From NCBI GenBank assembly GCA_016204335.1, contig JACQKU010000011.1:541-64540 (forward strand): a DNA stretch of 64,000 bases. The letters are read 5' to 3'. This DNA comes from Candidatus Liptonbacteria bacterium (GTDB lineage Bacteria > Patescibacteriota > Minisyncoccia > UBA6257 > 2-01-FULL-56-20). The position numbers were made by a program, and so were the translations under genes. Below are positions 20,306-30,586 of this stretch, one piece after another. The notes under the pieces were generated by a model that worked only from the letters and a program-made list of their open reading frames with translations, had not been told where the DNA came from and did not search any database. The first letter of the stretch is position 1. The number at the start of each line of letters is the position of its first letter.

Positions 20306-20525
20306 TTAGTTAGTTGTGTAAGTTATACGCGCAGTGGTATGCTATAGCATACCACTCACAAACTCCCTTTCACCCTCACGCTCGGAGATTTCCCGTATTA
20401 TTAAACATAAAAAGCTACTTCATAAAATTCATATGTCCGGATGAACCTACCTCTGTATCTTGTTCACGTCCCGCGCTCCGAAAAACTTTAACACTATTGA
20501 CTATAAATTGACTATAATATGATGC

Positions 20526-20566
20526 CCGCTATGCCATAGCATAGCGGTATGCTATGGCATAGCGGG
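20526..20566. repeat. 41-bp palindromic direct repeat, copy 1
   Basis: CCGCTATGCCATAGCATAGCGGTATGCTATGGCATAGCGGG, identical to 21112-21152. Confidence 0.95.
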
Positions 20567-20574
20567 CGGAGAAA

Positions 20575-21093
20575 CTACTGTGGAATTGTAAACGTTCCGT
20601 ATTTTGTCCGCACCCTGCGTCCTGAAAAACCCCTCCCATTTCTCGACGACTGCGGGCCGGGCGAATATATTCTCTTCTTGCGTTCAGTTTTTCCCCGCTC
20701 ATAATAGCTCCTGTACTTTTTTTCGTTCAGCGCTTTTTTTATGCCGCTTATAGTCTGATGAGTAAGCCAAAGCTCTTCGCCGATTTTACGATAGCTCGTT
20801 CCTGCAAGAATGCGATCTATCGCGGCCGCCCGGCGCAGAAGAAGTGAACGCTCTTTGGCGGTAATAAGAAGTTCAAGTGCAGTCGAAAGTTTTTTCGGCT
20901 CTCGCAAAATTGTAAACTTTGCAATCAAAGTCCGCCAGACATTTTCTTCCCACGCTGAACGGGAAGAAAAACTTGCAAGGAGAGGTATACCACGAATCGC
21001 AGCCGCGGCCTCATTATTTCTCAGCTCTATTTTTTCTCCTGTTTTCTTCACGCGATTTTTTCTCCTGTTTTCTTCATCTCCTGTTTTCTTCAT
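20575..21093 (-). CDS. TrpR-like (YerC/YecD-type) HTH protein
   Basis: LLITAKERSLLLRRAAAIDRILAGTSYRKIGEELWLTHQTIS. Confidence 0.75.
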   Translation of the reverse strand: MKKTGDEENRRKNRVKKTGEKIELRNNEAAAAIRGIPLLASFSSRSAWEENVWRTLIAKFTILREPKKLSTALELLITAKERSLLLRRAAAIDRILAGTSYRKIGEELWLTHQTISGIKKALNEKKYRSYYERGKTERKKRIYSPGPQSSRNGRGFSGRRVRTKYGTFTIPQ

Positions 21094-21111
21094 ATGATAG
21101 AGTATAGCATA

Positions 21112-21152
21112 CCGCTATGCCATAGCATAGCGGTATGCTATGGCATAGCGGG
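21112..21152. repeat. 41-bp palindromic direct repeat, copy 2 (overlaps the promoter region of the TrpR-like gene)
   Basis: Identical to 20526-20566; TATACT at 21101-21106 on the minus strand. Confidence 0.95.
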
Positions 21153-21192
21153 TAGCCCTGTATTCGGCAGTTCCGTGTTTGGTAGTTCCACG

Positions 21193-21252
21193 ACTATAAT
21201 TCCATTGCTATAGTTCCATGGCTATAGTTTCCATTGCTATAGTTCCATGGCT
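21193..21252. repeat. Tandem ~14-bp repeats (CTATAGTTCCATGG) at the PfkB 3' end
   Basis: Four imperfect copies; one encodes the terminal AMEL*. Confidence 0.85.
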
Positions 21253-22199
21253 GACAGCTCCAAGGAAGGCAATTCCATCCCAAAACTCTCTTTGTAGCGA
21301 CTGCGCGCTTCGGAAAAAGAAATCCGGTATTCCTGCGTGCCGTATGCTTCGATGGCTCGCGCGGCGATGACGCCCGCGAACCGTCCCGCTGTTTCAAGCG
21401 GCCAGCCCGCAAGAAACCCTTTAATAAAGCCCGCGCGATACGCGTCGCCCGCGCCTGTCGGGTCAACGACATCCTTTGCCCGCGCCGGAGGCACCTTAAT
21501 TATTTTTTCTTTTGTCCGTACGCTGGAACCCTTTTCGCCGAGCGTGGTAATAAGAATTTCCGAACGCTCGAGCACATCTTCTTCCGTCCAGCCGGTTTTT
21601 TCCAAAACCAAAGCAAGCTCGTAATCGTTGGCGATAAAGACATTCGCGCCGGTTATTCCGTTCCGGATGTCATCCGGGGAAAGCGCGGGAATCTGCTGGC
21701 CCGGGTCGAAAATAAAAGGAATGTTCTTTTTCCGATACAGCGCGGGCAATCGGCGCATGTCGTCAATGTTTCCCGGAGCGATTACGGCAAACGAACCGGC
21801 CGGAATCTGCTCCTCTTTTATTCCACACGAGTGCGCCATCGCGCCGATGGAAAGCGCCGCAATCTGATTGTCGGCGCGGTCAGTCATAATATTCGAAAGA
21901 GTCGTGGGTTTGTCGGAAACTACATGGACAAAATCCAAACTTACTCCGCTCTTTTCCAGCCGCTCGCGATAATGCCCGAAATCCCTGCCGGCGCTCGCGA
22001 GTACCGCGGGTTTTTCTCCGAGAAGCGCGAGACCGTAAGCGATATTCCCCGCCGTGCCGCCGAAATGCTCGCGAAGATTTTCAGCGACAAAACTTAAATT
22101 CAAAGCATGAACTTTGCCGGGCATAATGTGGTCGCTGAAGCGGCCCGGGTATTCCATTATTTTGTCGTACGCGAGAGAACCGGAAACTAAGATGCGCAT
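21237..22199 (-). CDS. PfkB family kinase (adenosine kinase-like)
   Basis: SGSLAYD, FGGTAGNIAY, FDPGQQ, NDYE and DPTGAGDAYRAG. Confidence 0.9.
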   Translation of the reverse strand: MRILVSGSLAYDKIMEYPGRFSDHIMPGKVHALNLSFVAENLREHFGGTAGNIAYGLALLGEKPAVLASAGRDFGHYRERLEKSGVSLDFVHVVSDKPTTLSNIMTDRADNQIAALSIGAMAHSCGIKEEQIPAGSFAVIAPGNIDDMRRLPALYRKKNIPFIFDPGQQIPALSPDDIRNGITGANVFIANDYELALVLEKTGWTEEDVLERSEILITTLGEKGSSVRTKEKIIKVPPARAKDVVDPTGAGDAYRAGFIKGFLAGWPLETAGRFAGVIAARAIEAYGTQEYRISFSEARSRYKESFGMELPSLELSAMEL

Positions 22200-22229
22200 A
22201 CCGGATAGTATAACTCCAATAAACAATTT

Positions 22230-22258
22230 TTGACAAAATATCTTCTTTGTTCTATTTT
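22230..22258 (+). promoter_or_regulatory. Sigma70-type promoter of the ORFan cluster
   Basis: TTGACA-17bp-TATTTT. Confidence 0.55.
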
Positions 22259-22392
22259 GTTTTCAGTTCTTTCAAATATCCTTGAGGCACAAGAGCCCGG
22301 AAAATTGCGCTTCCTGGTTGCTGTGTCTCAGGGACATATATGTATATGTATGTAGCGACTAGTACACTCTCCAACCGGAAAGGGGTGGTGTA

Positions 22393-22695
22393 ATGAGCAA
22401 TAAACACAAGAATCGCATTCCACTGATCGAAGCGATGGAAGCGGTAATGAGGGAAGAGGCGCGGAAAGACTACAGTATCGTCCGCAACTACTGCCCTGGG
22501 TGCGAGGTGAACGCCGACCCGTTCGCGGAACTTTTGCAGGAATCGTGGTGCAGTTCACACAAACCCTCGTTGGAGGGAGACAAGGACAAGAAAGTTCAAA
22601 GCTTGCTTGGAAAACAACTCTACAACTCCACCGAAGGCGACGGAGAAACCGGCAGAGCGTATGCCGAATCCCTTAACCGAAAAAAGGAGGCGTGA
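22393..22695 (+). CDS. Hypothetical protein
   Basis: 100 aa, CPGC...WCSSH, purine-rich RBS. Confidence 0.6.
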   Translation: MSNKHKNRIPLIEAMEAVMREEARKDYSIVRNYCPGCEVNADPFAELLQESWCSSHKPSLEGDKDKKVQSLLGKQLYNSTEGDGETGRAYAESLNRKKEA

Positions 22696-22696
22696 G

Positions 22697-22927
22697 ATGG
22701 CGAAGAGCGAAGCGGGGAAGAAATACGCGCAGAAGAACTACAGCTCCACCCACTCGAGCATCCGCGTGCAGGTAAACAGGCAGTCCGACCCCCCCATCAC
22801 GCTCGAGGAGAAGCTGGATGTTGTCAGGTTCTACTCCTACGTGGTGGACGGGGAGCCCGAACCAGTCTCGCAAGGCAAACCCGTCATCGAGGTCCCGGCG
22901 GAACTCGCTCGCTACTTCAACTACTAG
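22697..22927 (+). CDS. Hypothetical protein
   Basis: AAGGAGG SD upstream of the ATG (MAKSEAGKKYAQ...). Confidence 0.65.
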   Translation: MAKSEAGKKYAQKNYSSTHSSIRVQVNRQSDPPITLEEKLDVVRFYSYVVDGEPEPVSQGKPVIEVPAELARYFNY

Positions 22928-23090
22928 AGCGCGTCGTGAGAATCCTCCGGGGTTTTCGGGCGGGGTTCGTGGCTTTCCACGCCTCATACTTTCGGCTGCA
23001 AAGCAAGTGCTGTGGGGCAAAAATCGTCAAGCTCCGCGACCGCATCTGTTTTCATTGCGGCCGCAGGACAACCTGAAAGGAGACGACGAT

Positions 23091-23210
23091 ATGGATTTCT
23101 CGCCGAGGTGTACAACGTGCGGCTGCGACCAACGAATCCTCTGTCAGAAATGCAAGGAAGGGAGGTGTCCGAAATGCTCGCGCCGAGCGAACGGAAAAAA
23201 TTCGGAATAG
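23091..23210 (+). CDS. Tiny Cys-rich protein (39 aa)
   Basis: AAAGGAG SD; MDFSPRCTTCGCDQRILCQKCKEGRCPKC with three CxxC. Confidence 0.55.
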   Translation: MDFSPRCTTCGCDQRILCQKCKEGRCPKCSRRANGKNSE

Positions 23211-23257
23211 TACGTGAGCATGTCTCTGACTTCCAAAGGAAGGAGGTGAAGCCCGGA

Positions 23258-23371
23258 TTGGCTATTGTAACTGCAATAGCCATCATTCTGGGTTGTCTTG
23301 TTGTGTGGTTCTTCGGAACCGGGCGAGACGCCCGCGAGATTCCTGTCCAGACTCGCGGTTCAAACGGTTAA
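23258..23371 (+). CDS. Small single-pass membrane peptide
   Basis: GGAGGTGA SD, TTG start, hydrophobic AIVTAIAIILGCLVVWFFG. Confidence 0.45.
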   Translation: MAIVTAIAIILGCLVVWFFGTGRDAREIPVQTRGSNG

Positions 23372-23418
23372 AACGATCCATCGGCCCAACAACCCCTAAC
23401 CCGCGAAGGAAAAACTCC

Positions 23419-23838
23419 ATGAGCTGGCTCACCGCGTGCTTTTTGGCAGGGCTGTCGTACGCGCTCTTCACGCAGTACGTTCTGTTCGTGTTCGTGGCCG
23501 GCGACTCCGAAACCAAGAAGGAGTGGAAAGCGGACCGGCTCCAGTTCCACTTCGAGGCGTTATTCTTCTGGCCCGGGGTATTGATGTTTTCATTGAACCC
23601 GAACTGGAGAGCACTGGGCGTAACGTGGGTCGTCTGGATCTGCGTTGTCGTGCCCTATCTTTCCTATGTGTTCGTGGAACACTGGATCATCTCCGCCCTG
23701 ACCTTCGTTGGCTTCACCATCGTCGTGCCGTTCGCAGTAGGAGTGGCGGCAGTAGTGAAGATGATGACGGAATTGGAAAAAGGAGAGGAAGAATACGACC
23801 AGCACCTCGCCGAGTACTACATAGTCGCTCACAAATAA
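23419..23838 (+). CDS. Hypothetical multi-pass membrane protein
   Basis: AAGGA SD; four hydrophobic segments. Confidence 0.65.
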   Translation: MSWLTACFLAGLSYALFTQYVLFVFVAGDSETKKEWKADRLQFHFEALFFWPGVLMFSLNPNWRALGVTWVVWICVVVPYLSYVFVEHWIISALTFVGFTIVVPFAVGVAAVVKMMTELEKGEEEYDQHLAEYYIVAHK

Positions 23839-24096
23839 CCCTAGCCCTCCGCCTGTGAGGCAAAAACAGGCACGCGCCCCGGCATGAGAATCATCATGTC
23901 GGGGCGAGCAATTTAAATTGGTTGCCCTTATCGAATTTTCACCGTCTGGCATAAATTTATTTTATGTATGAAGTATCGGAAAAACAAATCTTTTGATATT
24001 TAAACGAACTACTCCCGCATGGACCAATGATAGCGTCCACGCGGGAGCAAATAACTCAAATCGGGAATGGCTCCTTCCGAGGCGATTTCGGCTATT

Positions 24097-24597
24097 CTAC
24101 TTCTTGCAGCCGTTGGGTTCCGGGAACCCGAAGAGGGTGCCGATCGGCCATGTCCGCTTCTTCCACCAGATGAGGTCCAGACGGCGACTACGCGCGTCGC
24201 TCTCGAGCGACATGACGACGCTGTCGCCGTTCGGATTGTCCTCCCAGGGCTGCATCAGGAGGACGATCCGCCCATGGTTGCCTCGCGGGCGCTGGAGCGC
24301 TCCGATCAAGCCATGCTCGTAGAGCGGCCGCGGCAGACGACGTCCGACGTCCCTGAGCACGTACTCCGAGCTCACCGGCATCTTGTAGCTAATGAGCAGG
24401 AGAAGAAGCGACCCGTCACACTTCCATTCTCGCATCGGGAAGTGTTCCTGGGTAATCCGGTGTTCCACCCAGGCATAGCCGCTCTGCTGGAGTTGAGCCA
24501 CGATCTGATCGGTCGTCACGTGGCCAGGGTTCGTGAGCCGGAGAACCCCTTCTGCTTGCCTGCTGCCAATTACCTTCCTAGCCGTCGCCACCGCCAT
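24097..24597 (-). CDS. Hypothetical protein
   Basis: GAGGAGG SD; 166-aa ORF followed by a hairpin at about 24012-24047. Confidence 0.65.
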   Translation of the reverse strand: MAVATARKVIGSRQAEGVLRLTNPGHVTTDQIVAQLQQSGYAWVEHRITQEHFPMREWKCDGSLLLLLISYKMPVSSEYVLRDVGRRLPRPLYEHGLIGALQRPRGNHGRIVLLMQPWEDNPNGDSVVMSLESDARSRRLDLIWWKKRTWPIGTLFGFPEPNGCKK

Positions 24598-24792
24598 AGT
24601 CCCCCTCCTCGTCTTGAGTGAGTATTTCGCCTTGAACGGTTAATCGCTTACAGCCCTCAATATCCAAAAAGGGTGCTGGAGGCTGCAAGCGACTCGCCTT
24701 AGCCAAGTATCATATGAATTTTTAAAGTTGCTATCTTACCAACAAACTTATAGTAAAAAATTTTTATAGTCAACTTGCCAAATAATCAACCT

Positions 24793-25986
24793 CTACTCCC
24801 CCGGCGGGAGAAGAACAATATTCTCGGGCCTGAAAATAACCTGCCGCTTTCCTTCTTCGACGACGCCGATATCAATAAGCTCATAACCGGCCTGTTTGCC
24901 GACTGAAAGCGTCCGCCCGACTTCTTCCGGCGGAACAAAAATATAATACCCGATACCCCAGTTAAACGTTTTGAGGCAATCTTGCAGGGAAACGCCGATT
25001 TCGCTCATAAACTGAAAAATCACGGGGACGTTTGTCCACGTATGAATGCGATATGTGAACTGCCGCTTGTCGAACGCCAGTTTGCCGACACCGTCTCCCG
25101 TTCCGGGCAAAAGCGCGCACATTTCAACATTTTCTTTTTGAAGCGCCTCGATTAACGCGACATACGACCGCGTGGGAATGAGCGCTTCTTCGCCGAGCGT
25201 TTTTCCGTTCGGAAGTTTTGTGAGAAATTTGTCAGGAAGTTCGAGCGCGCGTTTTATCAAAAGCGAAATGCCGTTCGCGTGGATGCCCGACGACGTAACG
25301 CCTATGATACGGCATCCCGGCTTCAATTTTTTTCCCGTGATAATTCTTTCTTTCGGCGCGATGATTCCCGTCACGCATCCTGAAAGCGAGGGCGCGCTTT
25401 TGACGGGCGGTTCCGGTTTGAGCAAATACCGGAGAGCAGGCGACTCGCCCGCAGGCAGAGCCATTCCGACTTCTTTGCATATTTTGAAATATCCTTCCGC
25501 GAGGTCGCTGGCCCGTTTTTCGTCCGCGAACCAGGCGCTGTCCCCGACCGCCACTTCGTCCGTGAACACAACCGGCATCGCCCCCTGCGCGATTACGTCG
25601 TTCGTCGCCATAAGCGCCGCGTCAATCGCGATGCCTTCGTAATATGTTCCATTTGCTCCGCGCGAAAATTCACTCTCAGCTCCCAACATACTTCCGCGTT
25701 GTTCCGCGTTCGGTCTGCGTTGTTCTGCGGCCGCGGTAGCGGCATTAGCGTACATCCACTCCGCGATCCAATTTTTGTTGCCAAGCCCTTCCTGCGTACT
25801 GCACCACAAATGAGGAAAATTCCCGCGGTATTCGAACACGCCGCCGTGCGCGTGCAATACTTCCCCGTTAATGTACACATCGCGCCGGTTCGGAAACAAG
25901 AGCGTCCGCTTGCCCATTGCAATCATCTTCTGCTTGAACGGCTCCATCACGCCGTAATCCACTCCCGATTTCGCGTACTCGCTCAT
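24793..25986 (-). CDS. purM: Phosphoribosylformylglycinamidine cyclo-ligase (AIR synthetase), divergent
   Basis: YAKSGVD, NDVIAQGA, SSGIHANG and TFNWGIG; pur operon context. Confidence 0.85.
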   Translation of the reverse strand: MSEYAKSGVDYGVMEPFKQKMIAMGKRTLLFPNRRDVYINGEVLHAHGGVFEYRGNFPHLWCSTQEGLGNKNWIAEWMYANAATAAAEQRRPNAEQRGSMLGAESEFSRGANGTYYEGIAIDAALMATNDVIAQGAMPVVFTDEVAVGDSAWFADEKRASDLAEGYFKICKEVGMALPAGESPALRYLLKPEPPVKSAPSLSGCVTGIIAPKERIITGKKLKPGCRIIGVTSSGIHANGISLLIKRALELPDKFLTKLPNGKTLGEEALIPTRSYVALIEALQKENVEMCALLPGTGDGVGKLAFDKRQFTYRIHTWTNVPVIFQFMSEIGVSLQDCLKTFNWGIGYYIFVPPEEVGRTLSVGKQAGYELIDIGVVEEGKRQVIFRPENIVLLPPGE

Positions 25987-26085
25987 GTTTAGCTTATTAG
26001 GTTATTAGCTTACTAGATTTAGGCAATAAAAATTGTGATGTTCCAAAATCTTATTCTCTTATTCGCGCGAATAGGAAAATAAGAC

Positions 26086-27576
26086 CTATAACTCTCCACT
26101 CGCAAGTTTCTCGGCCAATCCGACATAGCTCTCCGGCGTGATTTTAAGGAGTTCTTCTTTTACTTGCGCCGACACATCGAGCCCGTTTATAAACGCCCGC
26201 ATGTCTTCAATCGTTACTGTTTTGCCGCGCGTGAGTACTTTCAGTTTTTCATACGGCATCGCAACGCCCTCGCGCCTTAAAACTGTTTGAATCGCCTCGG
26301 CGATGACTTCCGGATGAAGGTTCAAATCTTCGAGAACTTTTTCTTTGTTCGCTTGGATTCGCCCGAGTCCGTTCAAAAGATTTGCGTAAGCGACAACGGA
26401 ATGCGCGAGCGCAACGCCGAAATTCCGCTCCACCGTCGAATCGGAAAGGTCGCGCTGGAGGCGCGATATAGGCAGTTTCGACGAAAAATAACTAAATAAC
26501 GAATTCGCAATACCTAAATTTCCTTCACTATTTTCGAATTTTATCGGATTTATTTTGTGCGGCATCGTGGATGAGCCGATTTCCCCTTCGTTCGCTTTCT
26601 GCGCAATCCAGCCGTCGCTGATGTAGCGCCAGATATCCTGATTGAAATCAATGAGAATCGTATTTATGCGGCGGAGTAAATCGAAAAGTTCGACGTATGT
26701 GTCGTGCGGTTCGATTTGCGTCGTGAAAAGATTCGGTTCGAGCGTTATGGTTTTTTTTTGATTTTGCGCGGCTCCGCCCGCACCGGACGACATTCTCACA
26801 TTCTGCAGAATGTGAGAATGTTCCCGCAAGCGTGTGACGAAATTTTTCGTGAAATCAAGCCAATCAACTTCAGGATACGCAACAACATTCGCGCTGTAAT
26901 TGCCGGTTGCTCCGTTCAATTTGACGAGAATGCGGAATGAACGCAGTTGCCCGATTTGCCGTTCCAACCGCGCGGCAAAAACCTTGAATTCTTTCCCGAA
27001 TGTCGTAGGAGTCGCCGGCTGGCCGTGCGTCCGCGCGAGCATCGTCAAATTTTTATATTCTTTCGCGAATTCCTCCAATTTCGCGGTTATTTTTTCGAGA
27101 AGCGGCAGAATCACTTTTTCGATTCCGTCGCTCAACATAAGCCCGTAGGCAAGATTATCAATGTCTTCCGAAGTAAGCGCGAAATGAATCCATTCAAGGC
27201 AGTCCTTGAGAGAAGTATTCTCCAACTGGTCGCGCATAAAATATTCTATCGCTTTCACATCGTGGTCCGTGGCTTTGATATTTTTATATCCCGCTCGCTC
27301 GATGTCTTTTATGATTTTTGCATTCTCGAGCGTAAGTTCGGAAAGATTTCGAATCAATGATTTTTCCTCTTCGGAAAAATCGCGGAGGCCTGCCCGCTCA
27401 CCAAAATTTTTGGTGTGAGGGCCGATGTCGGGATGCTCGGACAGCGCGATAAGATATTCCGCTTCGACAAAAAGCCGATAGCGCATCATTCCCGCCTCGC
27501 TGAAAATCTTCGCGAGCGGTTCCGTATATTCCCTATATCGCCCGTCAATCGGGCTTATTGATTCGAGAAAATTCAT
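26086..27576 (-). CDS. purB: Adenylosuccinate lyase
   Basis: ISPIDGRY, HDVKAIEY, RTHGQPATPTT and GSSTMPHKINP; two palindromic insertions (26790-26821, 27389-27421). Confidence 0.97.
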   Translation of the reverse strand: MNFLESISPIDGRYREYTEPLAKIFSEAGMMRYRLFVEAEYLIALSEHPDIGPHTKNFGERAGLRDFSEEEKSLIRNLSELTLENAKIIKDIERAGYKNIKATDHDVKAIEYFMRDQLENTSLKDCLEWIHFALTSEDIDNLAYGLMLSDGIEKVILPLLEKITAKLEEFAKEYKNLTMLARTHGQPATPTTFGKEFKVFAARLERQIGQLRSFRILVKLNGATGNYSANVVAYPEVDWLDFTKNFVTRLREHSHILQNVRMSSGAGGAAQNQKKTITLEPNLFTTQIEPHDTYVELFDLLRRINTILIDFNQDIWRYISDGWIAQKANEGEIGSSTMPHKINPIKFENSEGNLGIANSLFSYFSSKLPISRLQRDLSDSTVERNFGVALAHSVVAYANLLNGLGRIQANKEKVLEDLNLHPEVIAEAIQTVLRREGVAMPYEKLKVLTRGKTVTIEDMRAFINGLDVSAQVKEELLKITPESYVGLAEKLASGEL

Positions 27577-27587
27577 AATAAAAGATA

Positions 27588-28556
27588 TTAAGTTATTGCG
27601 TACGCCGCGAGATTTTTCCGTATTCTTTCTAAAACCGGTATCGAAAAATCCGCCCCGAACTCGTTGCCGGTCAGTTGCTCGAAAATCCGGATATAACGGC
27701 TAGATAATTCTACCACCATTTCGCGCGGGGCTTCAGGCAATACTCCGTCTTTATACGGGTCGCAGTGTTCTTTAAACCAAATGCGGAGAAATTCTTTATC
27801 AAAATTTTCCGGCTCCTGTCCCTGCGCGATGCGGGACTCATAACTTTCCGCCTGCCAATAACGGGAAGAATCGGGCGTATGTATTTCGTCAATCAGCATA
27901 AGCTTGCCTTCAGAGTCGGTTCCAAATTCATATTTCGTGTCCACAAGAATCAATCCTCGCTGGAGCGCGATTTCCTGGCCACGTGTGAAAAGTTTTATCG
28001 CGACTTCCTCAATTTCTTTCCACAATAATTCATTTACCATTCCGCTATTCACAATTTCCTCTTTCGTTAGCGGCCGGTCGTGCGCCTCGAATTTCGTCGT
28101 CGGCGTGATGATAGGATGGGCAAATTTCTGATTTTTTTTCATCCCTTCGGGCAACGTCACGCCTCCAAATTTTCTCTCTCCTTTTTGATAAAGCGTCCAA
28201 GTAGATGTCGCGGTCACACCGGAGATGTATCCCCGCACGATTACCTCAACCGGAACCACATCGCATTTTTTAACCACCATCGCATTCGGGTCCGGAAAAT
28301 CCAAAATATGATTCCGGATTATATTTTCGGTTTTCTCGAACCAAAATTTGCTTATTTCGGTAAGCACTTGTCCCTTAAACGGAATGAGCGCCAGATTTCT
28401 GTCGAACGCGGAATAACGGTCGGTCGCGACGAGAATCAACTTGTCGTCTTGGACGTACACGTCGCGAACTTTGCCCTGCTTCCGCTCGCCGAGTTCCGAG
28501 AAGTCGGTTTTCTCCAAAACGTCGTTTATGTGATTTTCGATTGTTGATTTATCCAT
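27588..28556 (-). CDS. purC: SAICAR synthetase
   Basis: GKVRDVY, TDRYSAFD, LVDTKYEFG and DEIHTPDSSRYW. Confidence 0.96.
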   Translation of the reverse strand: MDKSTIENHINDVLEKTDFSELGERKQGKVRDVYVQDDKLILVATDRYSAFDRNLALIPFKGQVLTEISKFWFEKTENIIRNHILDFPDPNAMVVKKCDVVPVEVIVRGYISGVTATSTWTLYQKGERKFGGVTLPEGMKKNQKFAHPIITPTTKFEAHDRPLTKEEIVNSGMVNELLWKEIEEVAIKLFTRGQEIALQRGLILVDTKYEFGTDSEGKLMLIDEIHTPDSSRYWQAESYESRIAQGQEPENFDKEFLRIWFKEHCDPYKDGVLPEAPREMVVELSSRYIRIFEQLTGNEFGADFSIPVLERIRKNLAAYAIT

Positions 28557-29209
28557 TAGATTTTAAGCCACTTTCCTTCGCTGATTACTTCAATCTTTCC
28601 GTTTTGAATTTTGAGCGCGGACTGGTCGTCAAGCGCATAAATCGGGTCTTTCAATTTTTTCGCCGTTTCCTCAAGGAATTTGCGGTTTATTTTAGGAAAG
28701 TAGGATGAATTAAGATGGGGACGCAGATAAAAACTGAAAAAGCCGAGTCCTTTTTCGTCTTGAATCCCTTTTATATCTTCATAATAAAGTTTCTTTGACT
28801 CGCTGAGTTCGAGATTTTTTGTCGTCACAACGCTGCCCGCGCTGATGCCGGCATACACTCTCGTTTTAAGCAGGTCGGGCAAAAGCTTTGCGAGGCCGGA
28901 TTTTTTGAGCCAATACATCAAGTGAAATGTATTTCCTCCGGAAAATAAAAGGATGTCCGCGGCGCGCAATCGCGGTTCCCATAATTTCCGGGGCAACGCC
29001 GAAATATCCACGATATCGATGGATTTAAAATTTTGCTTTTTAAGATTGATGAGGTCGTCAATCACCCAACCCTTATCGCCTTTTTCAACATTCGCCGCGG
29101 TTGGAATAAAAACGAGAGTTGTGTTCCTGGGCTTCTTGCCGACCAATTGAAAAAGAGCTTTGGCAATCGACTTATTCGTAATGCCTCCTGACGTAAGCAG
29201 AAATTTCAT
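28556..29209 (-). CDS. Peptidase E (S51) family protein
   Basis: [19 protein letters not shown] and PH motifs. Confidence 0.85.
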   Translation of the reverse strand: MKFLLTSGGITNKSIAKALFQLVGKKPRNTTLVFIPTAANVEKGDKGWVIDDLINLKKQNFKSIDIVDISALPRKLWEPRLRAADILLFSGGNTFHLMYWLKKSGLAKLLPDLLKTRVYAGISAGSVVTTKNLELSESKKLYYEDIKGIQDEKGLGFFSFYLRPHLNSSYFPKINRKFLEETAKKLKDPIYALDDQSALKIQNGKIEVISEGKWLKI

Positions 29210-29712
29210 ATTTGCCCACCTTCCATTTTCTTCGCTTTCTCGAGCACCTTGTCGTTCAAATCCTTTTTATACTGGACGAGTTTCTGCTTTAAGCTTTCAT
29301 CCGCAATCGCAAGAATCTGTACCGCGAGAATCGCCGCGTTTTTCGCGCCGTTGATGGCGACGGTCGCGACCGGAACTCCGGGCGGCATTTGGACAGTTGA
29401 ATAAAGCGAATCCATGCCATTTAAAGTTTCTGTTTTTATAGGCACACCTATTACTGGAAGCGTCGTCATCGCCGCCGTCACTCCCGCCAAATGAGCCGCG
29501 CCACCGGCGGCGGCAATAATGACTTTCAAACCACGTTCTATCGCGGTTTTCGCGTATTCCGCGGCGCGGTCCGGCGTCCTGTGCGCGGACACCACGGTAA
29601 TTTCGTACGGCACGCCGAACGCTTCAAGCTGTTTTACGGCGTCCTGCATTACCGGCAAATCCGAATCCGAACCCATAATAATTCCGACCTGGGGCTTTTC
29701 CGAAGTTTCCAT
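29206..29712 (-). CDS. purE: N5-CAIR mutase
   Basis: IMGSDSD, SAHRTP, AAHLAG and [11 protein letters not shown]. Confidence 0.97.
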   Translation of the reverse strand: METSEKPQVGIIMGSDSDLPVMQDAVKQLEAFGVPYEITVVSAHRTPDRAAEYAKTAIERGLKVIIAAAGGAAHLAGVTAAMTTLPVIGVPIKTETLNGMDSLYSTVQMPPGVPVATVAINGAKNAAILAVQILAIADESLKQKLVQYKKDLNDKVLEKAKKMEGGQI

Positions 29713-29722
29713 GGTGGTTATT

Positions 29723-30586
29723 TTAATACTTGCTCTTTAAATAGTCTATTCCGACCGCTTCGAAAACGTTATTGAAATTGGCAAGTATTATTTTATGGTC
29801 TTCTCTAAACATAACAATGTAATGAAAAAACACGTTGGGCAAATGGAGATTCTCCGAATCTTCGAGGCGAGCCTCGAACGTAAACGCGATTGTCTCCGAA
29901 ATAATGAAAGTTTCCTGTCGGTTCACATTGATGCGCTTGTGGCTGATGGTATTTTTCAGCGCGTCAAAATCATTTCCCCATATTATATTCAATTCATCAT
30001 TCGTTGGATCTTCGTAAGTCCATGGAATCGTATGTCCGAGATTTGTTCCGGTTCGGTCGGTAAGTGTGAGTGTTCGGGCATTTGTTAAATGACGCTTCTT
30101 GAAAATTGTTTGGGCAGTATCGTGAATCTCACGGAATTGCATTCTTGGCTTGATATGCTCAAGCCCTTCTTCCATCGCTTCAAGACAATTTCTGAAATGC
30201 GCGCACACCGCTGGATCGTCACCCAAATAGATCGTCATACCCCAATCGCCGATAATGCCTGATACACGATCAACCGGAGATGCATATAACATACCGGCGC
30301 TTCCCTTTTGCAATACCTTGCCTGATGCTGGCCAAAATTCTTCTTTGCGCAGCGTATCGTATTGCAATCTTCTATAATCGCCAGGCGCGCTGAAAAGCGA
30401 AGAGATTCCTCTTGGGGGCGGATCGTACCAGCCGGCAGGCCAGAGCGAAGTGTCCGCTGCAAGCTTTTTCCCTAACGCATCGCGAAAATCCGTTTCTGAC
30501 CATTCTCTTTGCTGTTTCAAAAGTTCCGCGACAAAATCGGATACTTTCTCTCTTATCGCGGCGCAAATATCAATTCTCTTTTCCAT
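29723..30586 (-). CDS. Hypothetical protein, M24 aminopeptidase/creatinase-like fold
   Basis: [19 protein letters not shown] and FEAR pattern. Confidence 0.55.
   Translation of the reverse strand: MEKRIDICAAIREKVSDFVAELLKQQREWSETDFRDALGKKLAADTSLWPAGWYDPPPRGISSLFSAPGDYRRLQYDTLRKEEFWPASGKVLQKGSAGMLYASPVDRVSGIIGDWGMTIYLGDDPAVCAHFRNCLEAMEEGLEHIKPRMQFREIHDTAQTIFKKRHLTNARTLTLTDRTGTNLGHTIPWTYEDPTNDELNIIWGNDFDALKNTISHKRINVNRQETFIISETIAFTFEARLEDSENLHLPNVFFHYIVMFREDHKIILANFNNVFEAVGIDYLKSKY

Noticed and set aside
22230-24780. Prophage
   Set aside because: No integrase, terminase, capsid or att repeats seen; reported only as an ORFan islet.
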